A stretch of DNA of 63,326 nucleotides, the filler included, from Euprymna scolopes (taxonomy: Eukaryota): the NCBI GenBank assembly GCA_053919585.1. It is 3 parts of 3 records of this genome, joined end to end, with 100 filler letters (N's around TTAATTAATTAA, not from the genome) between each part and the next. Parts side by side here need not be neighbours in the genome. Positions count along the whole stretch, not along the records: positions 32,013 to 57,713 come from CM132819.1; 2 more parts are not named here. One strand, given 5' to 3'. A program made the translations under genes and the position numbers. Below the pieces are notes generated by a model. That model saw nothing but the letters and a program-made list of their open reading frames with translations, had not been told where the DNA came from and ran no database searches. This document shows, piece after piece, positions 37,458-50,942 of the stretch (position 1 is its first letter; each line of letters starts with the position of its first letter).

Positions 37458-38709
37458 AAAATTATGCTAAATGCGTCGATTTATTTTAGTTCTCCATAAC
37501 CTTTGCTTTGAGTAAATATTCAATTATAAATAAAATGTAACAATTCAATGTGCATTTCTTAAAGTTACGTAAATGCGAGAAACAGTTATCGATGAGAAAG
37601 AATTATGTAAAATGCATGTACATACATAGTTGTATGTAAATAAAACACTTCAATATGGTCAAACTTCGTTGTACGGTTTTAATCTGTTGTTGTCATTTTT
37701 GCATAAGGGTCAACGACGTCCCTAAAGTAATACTATGGGCTCGATTGGATGCCAACTTGGCACATACAGCTTCCCAGTTCCTGTCATTATCCACTAAATT
37801 AACATTACCTATGTAGGTAGATTATGACAGACTTGAGTAACTATTCGTTCTAGTTAAAGATACGTCTTCGACAATCCGTCCGATAGCGGTGGTGTTCCTG
37901 TCAGGCTGAAGTATTTTTTGTCCAGTCATTCTCCATAAGATAATTTTTTTTTGTTATAAATTTTGATGTTTCAGTATAAACAAGACATTACGTAAAGAGA
38001 TTGTACCCACAGCGGCACTATGTACAGAGTTGTGCAATGAGATGTTTGTTGCTAATTGCATTTAGGCACACCTGCTCGGTAATGATGACGGGGAAGCTCA
38101 TGCATATTTGTAGGCCTAAGATCATTTCATTTAGTGCGTTAGCTTTTCGAAGCCCACCTGACCGTGTACCTAATCCTGAAGAGTATAAAAACACTCTCCA
38201 AACATTTGTCACAAGATAGATCGTGTGTTCTTGCTATTGTAAGACATTTAATTCTATCAAGATTACTTAACGTTTAATCTAAGCCATTCTATAATCTTGT
38301 CTTTAGTTTGTAGACGAGAGTGCTTATAGGAGTATCCTCAAAAGCAAAGAGCGAGCGTTTGAGGCAATTTCAAGAATAATGATCGAGAAAAATAAACCAA
38401 AAATGCTTCAGAGCAGAAGTCGTTTTAAACAATGCAGTTTTTATGAGGAAAATAATCTAATACAAGGAAAACAGTTGACAAGCAATACCATGTTTAAACA
38501 ACGAAAAAAAAATCACCCAATGCTATATAAGTAAAATAAACAAAATTTATATTAAAACCTAGCGAGATAAGAGAGCGTGAAACATACTAGTAAAATAAAG
38601 ATAGAAACATTAATGATAAAAAAAAATTGATTAAATTACAGTATTTACTAATCCGCTAACAAATTAAGCAAGGAATTATAAAAAAATAGTTCTTAACCCT
38701 TGGTTGTTC

Positions 38710-39040
38710 ATTCTCTAAACCTCTCGGCCTTGATGGAAAAGAGACTAAAACTTGCTATGGTTTCATATGATCTGAAATAATAGCAAAGGGAGACTTGATT
38801 TAAATAATTTCTCATATGTAACATCTCCCCTCTTTTGAAAATAGAATACGATTATAATTAATTTTAGTATCAGATAATCCTTTTACACTGAAATTTACTT
38901 AATGCATGAAAACCAAAGAGGGGAGATATAACATGAGACATATTTGGAAACAAGTCTCCACTTGTATTATTGCAGATCATTTGAAACAACAGCAGCAAGT
39001 TTTAGTCTCCCCTCCACAAAAGGTTGGAGGTTTTGGGGAA
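38710..39040. mobile_element. foldback/MITE with ~125-bp imperfect inverted arms
   Basis: gagactaaaacttgct...atgatctg..aataat..ggagacttg...atctcccctcttt (38710-38836) is inverted at 38915-39040. Confidence 0.75.
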
Positions 39041-39310
39041 ATATCAGATATTTTGTAATTCATATGCAAAACAAGGGAAACAAATGACTATGATTTAAAC
39101 AATTTATGGCTGTGAAAAAAATGCCAAAAATAGGCCCCGGATGATAGATGGACCATTAAATATCCGACCTTGAGGGCAAGTGTCACATGACCCAGTACAC
39201 AATTCACGTTATTACCTTTCTAACTAGCTTTCATGTGTTAAATTCTGATCAATAGTTGCTGAGATTTCGAAATTAAAAAGTTGCAAAAAAGCTGGTATTA
39301 ATCGTGACGC

Positions 39311-39356
39311 ACTGTACTGAAGATTCCCGAAGGATCAAACACTAGTGTCTGTAGGT
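39311..39356 (+). ncRNA. type I hammerhead-like motif (family C, copy 2)
   Basis: CTGAAGA-ttcc(cgaa)ggat-CAAA-cactagt-GTC-tgtagg. The upstream ctggtattaatcgtgac is shared with copy 1; (TA)n follows ~20 bp later. Confidence 0.62.
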
Positions 39357-39374
39357 ATTTAATTATTATAGTTG

Positions 39375-39405
<31 letters not shown>

Positions 39406-40698
39406 CACACACACACACACACACTCGTAGCGACATTGATTATAGAAATACTCTACTCATATCTTTGCTTCTATGGGACGAAACATGAACCTCTGCAGGC
39501 TTTTTAAAGAGTATAAAACTATTCTATGATTAAAATTTTGTGACAATTGGTAAAAAATACAGCCAAATTTGTCTACATTTGTATATATAGTGTTTTGGCA
39601 AGCTATCTTTAGTTTTGTTACTTCAGAATGAATTTCTAAGGATTTGTTTATTGCTTGATTTTTCTCCTGTGTCTTTGACAGCCCACCAATATATAACTGA
39701 CTACAACAGGAGCGAATTGAGAGAAGGCAATAAAAAAGACAGCAGTATGTTATGCGCAGAGTGAAGAAGAATATAGTAGTGATTATTATTATTCAATCCC
39801 GAGCAACGTTGGGATTTCTTTCTAGTAAATTAATAAAAAAAGATTACAGAAATAAACTTATTTAGATAGATGTGTACGTCATTTTCATATGATTGTTTCG
39901 TTAATGACGATTAGACGAACTTTTCTTATAATTGGTAAATTGTTTTTATTAAACCTTTAATGCCTTCCGAATCATGTAATCGCGTGAAGAATGGACGGTT
40001 GATAATACTAAACGCTGTCGGAATAACGAAGATGTGAGCTGTTCAACTTCGGAACGTGCTCTTCGGTCGGATTCATCCGAAACCAACGAAGACAGACAGA
40101 GGGTCACGCGCTCGCAGTCGGCACCCGAGTAAATAAATAGTTAAATATTTGTAAAGAACTCCGAAACCGTTTTACTTTTTATTAGAATTTGAGCCGGAAT
40201 TCTAAATGTATTTCCTTTATTATGGTGTGGGCGTATTCTAGTAATAAACAAAATAAAATAAAAAATACTGGGTTCAATCTAGCGTTTAAGGAAAATACAC
40301 GTTTATCAAAAGAATTAATTTCTTTTAAGTTACAAAGAGTGTAAATAAAAGAAAACAAATAAACTATCGGTAGAGAAAAGGGAAGATGGCTGATACAGTT
40401 ATTATAGTTGTGGTTTCAAATCTCTGCTTTGTAGCGTCACGCTGATTAGTCATAAACACCGAAACAGTTCTGTATAGTTATTAAATAAAATTTAAGCAAT
40501 TTGTGGAAAGATGAATTAAGAAAAAAAAAAAAAAAAAAAGCTTATTTACCCTTCTCTTGCTTTTGAAAAGAATATTTATAAACAGCCAGAATTTATTCAC
40601 ACACGCACCCAAGATATACATCTTAACATCGAATTAATCTCATATACAATAAGTCTTCAATAACGGAGCAGATGATAAATTAATACTTGAAGATCTTA

Positions 40699-40699
<1 letters not shown>

Positions 40700-40760
<61 letters not shown>

Positions 40761-40867
40761 CACACACACAGACAAATATATATATACACACCCAGACAAA
40801 TATATATATACACACAGACAAATATATATATATATATATATATATACACACCCAGACAAATATATAT
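40700..40867. repeat. compound (TG)/(TA)/(CA) microsatellite with a repeated cagacaaa unit
   Basis: Direct reading. Confidence 0.9.
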
Positions 40868-41091
40868 TTCACCAGGAACAGACATATTTTTATGTTCATT
40901 AAAAAGCTTAAGTTATGCACGTGTACAATTGTTTCAGCACATTACTACTATTTATATATAAATTTTTAACATGTGTTATCTTTATGCCAACGCAGTAAAT
41001 AGTATTGCATTAACGTGCTATCTTAAAGTATTTTCATCTATATTTGAATACTAAATTAGATACACCTATTCGAACTGATATATGTGTGTGT

Positions 41092-41136
41092 GTTATCCAC
41101 ATATCGTTTCGCTATATCAGAACCACTCATCGCAGC
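41092..41136 (-). ncRNA. highly degenerate family-B hammerhead remnant
   Basis: Reverse complement gctgcgatgagtggttctgatatagcGAAACgatatgtggataac retains the GAAAC and tgtggat(g/a)ac end of family B. Confidence 0.4.
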
Positions 41137-41184
41137 TTTCGTAGCATCCATATATAAATAACATTGACAACCACTTGACGATGC

Positions 41185-41235
<51 letters not shown>

Positions 41236-41931
41236 CGCTAATTAGAAGTAGGCGATATGATCAACACTGCTTAACCTGACTAGCGAGGGATACCAATATT
41301 TATAAAGTACTCATATACATATCAAAACACATATGCAAATGCTTTCATTTAGATTGTGTGTGTGTGCATTTACACGCTAAAGTTTTCCTATTAATTTTTC
41401 TCTTTAAGCGAACGAAATTACTAAAATATTGAACTTGATGACTTTCCAAAAAGAATAAATTGCAATAGTTATTCTAAAGTCAATCTGAAAAAGTATTTAA
41501 ATATTTGATTTGTATATGTGTCTAATTCTCGAATGTAAATCTTACCTTGACATGACTTAAAGTATTGGTTGCTTTTAAGCGATCATATATTTTAAGAAAC
41601 GTAATAATGCTAAAGAATACGAAATAATTTTTAAAATAGACATATTCCTTCTTTAATTTTTGTAAGCCCGCTAAATTTATTTTAAATACACTGACTACTA
41701 ATCGAAAAAAATCAAAGCGCGCACTTCATAAAAAAAGCGACAAGAGAAGGAAAGAGATCCTAGCGATACGCACAAACTGAACAATATTTCTAAGTGATCT
41801 TATCTTCTCCTGTATCATGTCAATACCAGAAATATCTTGTACATTAGTCGACATGCCAGTTACGTCTATTGTTTGAGATTTTATAATGAATAGACCCGTG
41901 TACTACACACAGGAGTGTGTGCGTGTGTATA

Positions 41932-41990
<59 letters not shown>

Positions 41991-41991
<1 letters not shown>

Positions 41992-42260
41992 ACATTAACG
42001 TTGACACATAAGTTCTCATCAGATCATCGAAGTAAAGCAACGATGAGTCTGGTCAGTACCAAATGGTTGAGCATTTGGGTATAGCTCCCTGCTTTTCTTC
42101 GTTTTCAGTCGTCCCGAAAGTTATACTTGTCACTGATATTTAATAGTGCCGATTCAGTGTGGTTGGAGATTGTGCAACTCTTGCCACAAAAATATTATGC
42201 ACAAGTCACAGCATCAGTGAGGTCTGGTGATATATATCGGAAATGATGGACGGACACCAT
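41991..42260 (+). mobile_element. 5S rRNA-derived SINE (SINE3-type)
   Basis: gttctcatcagatcatcgaagtaaagcaacgatgagtctggtcagtacc head; body cttgtcactgatattt...gagattgtgcaactcttgccacaaaa shared with 14172-14403; flanked by TA/TG tracts. Confidence 0.75.
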
Positions 42261-43480
42261 ATACATATATATATATATATACATATATATATTATATACA
42301 AACATGCACACGCATATATATATTTCTATGCATATATATTAAAATATAATATCTGATCTAAGACTGCTTATTTAATTTGATAGCTTTATGAAGTGACTCA
42401 ATCATTGGCATGGAGGAGTGCATGTTTCATAACTTTAGTAATGTCCACATTTCAGAAGATTCATTTTTGTAGTTCTATATAGCTAAAAAGAATATTCCAA
42501 AATGAATCCGGATAAAATATGAAGTGACAAAATGTAGTCATGTCTCATTCATTCCTCTATAATCTGATGCATTAGTGCAATGGGTACTACAACAGTGTCA
42601 GGCCAGTGTAGCCTTCGTATATGCTGAGGTATTTACTTATAGTACTTTCCTTCAATTAGTACTAAAACTTGGTTAGAACGCAATGCTTAAATATAATTAA
42701 AAAAATAAAAAAAATAAATTTAGAACACTTATTTTTTTAATAAAAAATCACAAAAATGCCACTCGGATAATGATGAAAATAACAGATTCAAATTTATAAG
42801 AGGCATCCGAAATATATCAAGATATTTATTCACATTATAATCGCATTTCTACGTTTTCGTACAGTTTGATGAAACAGAGAGGGAATTCCAAAAGACAAGC
42901 GATCCAAGGAAAGAAACTATTATAATGAAAAATTTTCGATATAGGGCTGACTGGTGTATTTACGCTCAGGGGTGGAGACAAGAATAGTACGTTCATCGAA
43001 GCAAATGTGGAAGTATTCGCAGAACCCTAAAGCAGGTGTCACACACTTTATGGGAGAAAAATACAGGTGAAAAAGACTTGCAGAAGGGAGAAAAAATATA
43101 CATCCTAGAAACGGTTGAAATCTAAAATTCATCATGATCATTAGTCATTCGATGGATCTGACGAAGCGAAAAGTCATACTCATGTAGATGTTTATCTCAA
43201 AGTGTATAGGCAAGTTTTGATTGGAATATGAGGGAAACATTAAATGGATTGTACACCTTTATTATCTCGTATTTATTTATTCGGTACAATGCTCTCTTTA
43301 TATTCCGCCATTTTATAGTTCATTTCTTTCTTTTCTCAATTTGTTCCTACGTCATGCACATTCGAATATGTTCTCTATGAATTATAACATTTTTATATTG
43401 AAAGTAAAGAATGACAATAACCTAATAAAAATTATAATATATATGTGCGTGAGTATAGTGTCATAATATGCGTGTGTCCG

Positions 43481-45100
43481 TTAGTGTGTATGTGTGCGTG
43501 TGTTCATTAGTGTGTATGTGGTGCGTGTGTTAATTAGTGTGTATGTGGTGCGTGTGCACATTAGTGTGTGTGTGCATGTGACCATTAGTGTGTGTGTGTG
43601 CCCATTAGTGTGTGTGTGTGTGCGCGCGCTTGTGACCATTAGTGTGTGCGCGCCTGTGACCATTAGTGTGCGTGTGTGTGCGCGCCTGTGACCATTAGTG
43701 TGTGTGTGTGCGCCTGTGACCATTAGTGTGTGTATGTGTGCTTGTGACCATTAGTGTGTGTATGTGTGCTTGTGACCATTAGTGTGTGTATGTGTGTGCT
43801 TGTGACCATTAGTGTGTGTGGGTGTGTGCTTGTGACCATTAGTGTGTGTGTGTGTGTGCTTGTGACCATTAGTGGATGTGTGTGTGGGTGTGTGTGTGCT
43901 TGTGACCATTAGTGGGTGTGTGTGTGTGCTTGTGACCATTAGTGGGTGTGTGTGTGTGTGCTTGTGACCATTAGTGTGTGTGTGTGTGTGCTTGTGACCA
44001 TTAGTGGGTGTGTGTGGGTGTGCTTGTGACCATTAGTGTGTGTGTGTGTGTGTGTGTGCTTGTGACCATTAGTGGGTGTGTGTGGGTGTGCTTGTGACCA
44101 TTAGTGTGTGTGTGTGCGCTTGTGACCATTAGTGTGTGTGTGTGTGCTTGTGACCATTAGTGTGTGTGTGTGTGTGCTTGTGACCATTAGTGGGTGTGTG
44201 TGTGCTTGTGACCATTAGTGGGTGTGTGTGTGCTTGTGACCATTAGTGGGTGTGTGTGTGTGCTTGTGACCATTAGTGTGTGTGTGTGTGTGCTTGTGAC
44301 CATTAGTGTGTGTGTGTGTGTGTGTGTGCTTGTTACCATTAGTGGGTGTGTGTGTGTGTGTGCTTGTGACCATTAGTGTATGTGTGCTTGTGAATATTAG
44401 TGTGTGTGTGTGCTTGTGACCATTAGTGTGTGTGTGCTTGTGATCATTAGTATGTGTGTGCTTGTGATCATTAGTGTGTGTGCTTGTGATCATTAGTNNN
44501 NNNNNNNNNNNNNNNNNNNNNNNNNNNNNNNNNNNNNNNNNNNNNNNNNNNNNNNNNNNNNNNNNNNNNNNNNNNNNNNNNNNNNNNNNNNNNNNNNNNN
44601 NNNNNNNNNNNNNNNNNNNNNNNNNNNNNNNGTGTGTGCTTGTGACCATTAGTGTGTGTGTGTGTGTGCTTGTGACCATTAGTGTGTGTGTGTGTGCTTG
44701 TGACCATTAGTGTGTGTGTGTGTGTGTGCTTGTGACCATTAGTGTGTGTGTGTGCTTGTGACCATTAGTGTGTGTGTGTGTGTGCTTGTGACGATTAGTG
44801 TGTGTGTGTGTGTGCTTGTGACCATTAGTGTGTGTGTGCTTGTGCTTGTGACCATTAGTGTGTGTGTGCTTGTGACGATTAGTGTGTGTGTGTGTGTGCT
44901 TATGACCATTAGTGTGTGTGTGGGTGTGCTTGTGACCATTAGCGTGTGTGTGTGTGCTTGTGACCATTAGCGTGTGTGTGTGTGCTTGTGACCATTAGCG
45001 TGTGTGTGTGTGTGCTTGTGACCATTAGCGTGTGTGTGTGTGTGCTTGTGACCATTAGTGTGTGTGTGTGTGCTTGTGACCATTGGTGTGTGTGTGTGCG
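43481..45100. repeat. minisatellite: constant GCTTGTGACCATTA core plus variable-length (GT)n
   Basis: Dozens of copies spanning an N gap; the ends are degenerate. Confidence 0.97.
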
Positions 45101-46103
45101 TATGTGTGTGAATACATATAATGCTGACATTGTCTCGTCCATATCTTAGAAGCTAGATACGCTTGGGTTTGATTTAAACAAGATCTTTAGAAACGTCGCG
45201 TCTGGTTCCAGCCAAGAACGGTCAATGTAATCTGAATGGTGACAATGGCAAATTCGTCGAAGAATACAATAAAAGGTTAGAATCTTTCATTGCATTTGCG
45301 AAAATGAAGCAAGAAATATTTAAAAAAATATACACCGATGCCATTTAGCTACAAAGGTTCCCTTTCGTTTCTCTGGTCTTTTCAACGCGTTAACTGGACA
45401 AAAAGTAAATAAATGTTACCAAGGTCAACGTGTTCTGACCATTCTCTAATGTGGAAGCGGTCACATTTTCAAGTCTATACAAGTATTAAAAGATGGCTGT
45501 ACCCACTTACATTTGCCCGGGATGTTTTTCTAGTACTTTGAAAATTAAATTATTGTAATATTGTTTGTCATAAAATCATTAATTACATCAAATTCTTCTC
45601 ATGCTATTATTTTAAGGTAATATTAATCCGTTATAGTTTTGGATATAAATAGTTTTATATCTTTCTAATGAATTACAAACTAAGAATTCATCTCTACTCG
45701 ACAGTTAAAATGCGACCAATTTCCTTTTCGAACTTTGAAGAGTCATGAAATAATTCGTTCGTCTTTTTACAAACTTGATTACAAAACAACGAAATTCATT
45801 CTGGTGGATCTAATTTTGTAGTAAAATTATTTTTACGTAGCGTTTTTAATTTTTGTCTCATTTTCACATTACAACTTTTGTTTTTCAATAAAAGCAGAAA
45901 TATTGTGATAACAAAACTCAAGATGACAACAATTGTTCAAATAATGTAATCTTCACCTAAAAAAAGTTCAGATTTAATCTTCAGTATATTTTAATATGAA
46001 AATACTTTTTAAAATGCAATTGAAGCCATTAGAAAAAAATATGAACTTCGCAAGTAGTATCAAAAACATCGGCATCATAGTCATAACTATATTAAAACGG
46101 AAA

Positions 46104-46206
46104 TCGTACATAGAAAAGTCGTTATTTTGGTCGTACATAGAAAAGTCGTTATTTGGGTCGTACATAGAAAAGTCGTTATTTGGGTCGTACATAGAAAAGT
46201 CGTTAT
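46104..46206. repeat. 27-bp tandem repeat x~4
   Basis: tcgtacatagaaaagtcgttatttggg. Confidence 0.93.
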
Positions 46207-47359
46207 TAATTGTTTATAAGATCTTTTATCTATTTTACAAAGATTTCGAAGTCGCCGTTTCAGAGAAAGGATTAAATCAAATGTTTGATAGAGAATAAAC
46301 ATTTGAACGATAATATTCAAATTTGAATACGATCAAATAACAAGGTGCGGAGGAGATTTACTGATTTTATTTACAAACATTTAAAACTGTTCAGTTGTTA
46401 ATCGGATATAGTGATTGGAACTGAAAAACATCAAGGCATACAAAAGGTTTGTTGTGTATAAAACGAAATAAAAAGACTATCTTACGGGGTATTTAAATGA
46501 CGTAAGTCAACTTTATGTATACCGTTTACGCATGCGCTAATATACATTTATAGGTTTAACTGAGTGAATTAATAAAAGTTTGATGTGTATTTCAGATTGA
46601 ATCGAATATGCTAGAGAGCTAAATGTTAGGCTTCGATTCTAGCTGATGTCAAGCCATTTTATTTAACTTTTTAAATAGACACGATATAATAGGTACAATA
46701 AAATAATCAGTAGCGAATTTGCTAAAATGAAATCTACACGAATTAAAATATGTTTAAGCGTATAAGGCGACCGGGCAACCTTTTAGTATGTATGTGTGAT
46801 CAGAAATCTTGTATTAACGATTGAAAAACAGATCTTTATGGCTTGGATTTAATGCAGTTTTTATTCTTTACAATTTGTACATAATTTTAATTAAAATATT
46901 AAAATAAATCTTAATATTTTTTCTATATTTAAAATTCATTTTGATTAACATATTCGGGATTTTTTCAGAAATATTTGTGTTATTTTATATTTTATGTAAT
47001 TTTTTGTGGGATGGGGGGGGGGGGCTCATATTTATTTAATGTTTTTTCCCGACAGGACATGAATATGAAAATCTAAAAAATACATGCCGTTACGATGCTT
47101 ACAATATAATTGATTGGCCCGCTTTAATATTTTATCTATTGAATTGTTTACACTAATCGAATAACTACCGAGTTGTTTATATTCCAATAATACCAGGATA
47201 CACAATTCCTAAACTATTTAAACCATGTTTTGAATAGGTAATGGGTGAATCAAATATTGGAATCAAAATTGGAAGCAAATCAAAATCATGCTTATGAGAG
47301 TGAAGATTTTTTTCCTTGTGTTTCTGATTATTTGAGATGACGATTAATAATTCGTATTG

Positions 47360-47520
47360 TTTAAATGATTCGGTCTACTGTTCTCATCTGGAGTCCACCA
47401 TATCCATCAAGATGAAAACAATAGTTTGAATTATCAACATAATGTCTTATCTGGTAGTTTAATAAATTTTATTTTATCCAAATTCGTTGTGGAAAAGTCC
47501 CAAGAAATTTCAAATATAAT
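47360..47520 (+). mobile_element. very degenerate CR1/L2-type RT C-terminal remnant
   Basis: tactgttctcatctggagtcca resembles YCSxxWSP across a frameshift. Confidence 0.25.
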
Positions 47521-49907
47521 TTTAGTCCAAAAACCTATTCAAAATACATGTAAATACTTTATTTTACCGGGGAAAATGTAAATTTATCATTGGTGAGATA
47601 TGAAATGACTAATCCTTACAGCGAACATGTTAATGAGAGAAAAAAAAAAAAGAATTCGACTTGCTTATCTCAATGATTGGGTTACAAAATATTCCAGTAA
47701 TGGACCCGACAAAAACATTATGTATTTAGAAACAGTTAATTACAATGTACCTGCTACACTCATGCGACATAAACACTTTTGTGTCGGCGACTGCCCTTAT
47801 TCAATTGTTTTCATAGTAAAGTATGAAAGAACTTTTTACATTTTTATTTTATCTTGTTCTCACATATGGGTAGAGAAAGTATACTGTTCTTTCTATTTAA
47901 ATAACTTTTTAAAATGCTTATTTAAATATGCTTCGTTCATTATGATAGTGATATCGGACAAGAATAGAAAAAGAAGCAACCTTAGATGTTAGTCTCCCAA
48001 ATAGGATAAACCGCGCTGAGAGGGAAAAGATGACGAAATACTAAGGTCTTATGTACGACATGAAAAGAAATTAGAATCGTAGGAAGATTTTTCATTCCAG
48101 TAATTATAGGAGCAACCGGACGCATGGAAAAATATAAATCTACTTTATAAATATACCTGGTAGAACAAGTGCAATAGAGATACACACAATTGCATTTAAA
48201 CGGACGGTTACCATCTCTTTGGCAGATGTATCTGGAATAGTAGATGCATGGCTGGCATCTGGTTAGATGTCCATTTCCCAGCTAAAACAATATGAAATTT
48301 TAAAATAAATTGTTTTTACGGTCGATTTTAATAATTAATCCTGACTTTTGTTATTTTCCATACATACATACATACACACACACACATATATATATATAGC
48401 AGAGATAGCAATTACTCATCGTCTTTCAACTCATGAAACCTGCAAAAAGTAATTTCTAGATTCAACAGGTAAATAAGTAATACTTAAGATATTAATAAAA
48501 CGCCTTATCCATGCAAAATTTCAGACAAACAATTACATCTGTTTCAAATGTCTTAAATTTAGTTAATTATTATACAAATCACAACTTTGTTTTATAAATT
48601 AAGCTTTTCAATTAAACTGAACAAAACAGAATTTGTTATGTAACGAACAAATTCAATAAGTAAATGCGAGAAAAAATATAGTTTATAAGTCAAGAAACCA
48701 TAAATAAACGAATGGTTATAAACACTAAATGTCCTAGTGACTCGTATAGTGTATACATGGGTATTAACTGTCCTGTCCACTTGAAAAATCTTGTCTCCGC
48801 GTTTCTCTCACGTGAACAAAGTACATATATCAGTGTATTTAAAGGGTTGTAGTAAAAGATGTTCAAATTATATAATGCTCGTTTTATTGCCACAAAAATT
48901 GGCAATTTTCAAAACGATTTTAGTTTTATTTGCCAACGGATATTTTCCAAATTATTTTTAATTCATTATTTAAAAAAGTACTTTTTAAATGTTCTATAAT
49001 TCACATAAGTCTGATCTTCGATAAGTCTTATATATATATATTCGTGATAGTTATATTTATAAGGGTGTGCTAACCCGGTAAGATATTTAAAACAACGGTT
49101 CGTCTACTAACAAGTGTATATAATTTTCCTTTCTCGCTCTGCGCCTAAATCTAAACGAAACATCCACGACTAAATTCTATTGCCAAGAACTAATCGCGAG
49201 TAAAATACAACATGACCTTATTCCCAGCTCATTATAACATGATCGTTTTCAAAACCCATGCTAATATATATTTGTAAATAAACACTTTCAACCTAGTTAC
49301 AATCAGAGTTATGTTTTTACGTCGTCGTTTCCACTGATCACATTAACGATTATGATAAAGTGATTTTGGGGCCATGAGAACTGATTAGTTGAAAGAGATT
49401 GTTCAGCATCAGTAATGAATCACATACAACTTTTAAGAATGTAAACAATAAGATTGATGTTTGATCTGATGGATGCAACACATGAAACCGCCAGTAACAA
49501 TGCCCCGGTGATTATACGCACGCGTTTATTGCAGACAGAATTCTGAAAGTTAAAACTCAACGCACAAATCTTAACATTACATCGGGTTTCATCTTAATCG
49601 AATATTGCGGTTTCGGCTGTGGATTATTTCATATTTTAACGCAATTACTTTACGTGAGAATTCGCTAAATTGAATACGATTTATTTCCGTTCTATTCACG
49701 TAGCTCTTAGGATTGTCGTGTCAATGGAAGTCAAAGGCGACATCATTCTGAGGTTCAATAATGTGACTGGCGGAACAGTTGTAAATGTACGAAGCCAAAA
49801 CTTAGTGTATTTAAGAAGAAACGTACATGTATATGGAGATTGAACTATTTATTCTATATAACAGAGAAATAATGTATGTATATTATTCATACGCAAAATA
49901 AAATGGC

Positions 49908-49963
<56 letters not shown>

Positions 49964-50169
49964 TTTGGTGCCAAAATTTCGACTTTAAGTTGAACGCCAA
50001 CAACAAAAAAATACATTTTTGCACCAAACTAATATACCATAAGTCAATATACGTATATCTGCCTACGAGCATGAGTAAATCGTATAAAGTTTAAATTCAA
50101 ATAGAAAGTGCCCCAAAAATATTCAAGATTTTGTTTAAGAAAAAGTAATATTTTTTTTTAGATTAACTA

Positions 50170-50520
50170 AAAGTCCGGAACGCGCGTCGACTGACTCGTG
50201 TCGTACGTACGCAGGTTTGTGTCCGTGTGTGCGCGTTCATATAACCAAAAGCCATAAGCTCCGCACACACACACACGCACTTTTTTCAGTGAAGTGTGCG
50301 CGACTGCTACTAATAAACTACAGCAATACTACAGACGATCCAGTTTCTAGATACAACAATAACAACGTTTTTATCATAAGACATTGCAGAGCCATCTCAG
50401 AATCCATTGTCCGTTCGTAGAATTTCAATTAAGACTTGCAATCTACAGCTGAAACTTCTGCCTCGTTGTTGGCAAAGACGCCTTTTCAGCGACGCGACTT
50501 GAAAATAAACGTTCGTGTTC
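50170..50520 (+). promoter_or_regulatory. candidate core promoter / first non-coding exon
   Basis: Locally CpG-rich sequence with no recognisable TE features; initiator-like TCAGT at 50286, catataa ~47 bp upstream, and TGACTC. Motif evidence only. Confidence 0.25.
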
Positions 50521-50902
50521 AATTAAAGTAGAAAAAATAATAGAATAGAAACCGCCATTTTATCCGTAGCCGTAAGACTCCGACCACACACGAATTTTAA
50601 ATTGTTTTGTTTTTTAACTTTCATCTTTTTAGTATTTATTTACCAGTTTTTAATACGGACTTTATCTTTTGAAATGAAAAGTGCATAAAGAATAAAAAAA
50701 TATATAGACATGAAAGATTATTCAACAATTCTTTTTTCAAGTTGCCTGTATAATACAAATATTCGTAAAGGGCCATCTTTATAGTATGTAGCGACTTCTT
50801 TCAGTTATTCTGTTTTACGGCATATCGACCCTTTTTGAATGTTTAATGCCACATCTGTATTATCGTAAAAGTTCCTACGCTACATTTTCAAATATTTCTT
50901 GT

Positions 50903-50942
<40 letters not shown>

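Noticed and set aside
43040-43120. SH3-like peptide DLQKGEKIYILE
   Set aside because: It lacks the ALYDY, WW and GxxP motifs, has no convincing splice sites and is bounded by stops.
43155-43180. CTGACGA-agc-GAAA-agtc as a hammerhead
   Set aside because: No stem II and no stem I; likely a chance match.
43481-45142. CRISPR-like repeat/spacer look and His/Thr-rich ORFs
   Set aside because: The spacers are just (GT)n rather than unique sequence, there are no cas genes, and the context is eukaryotic.
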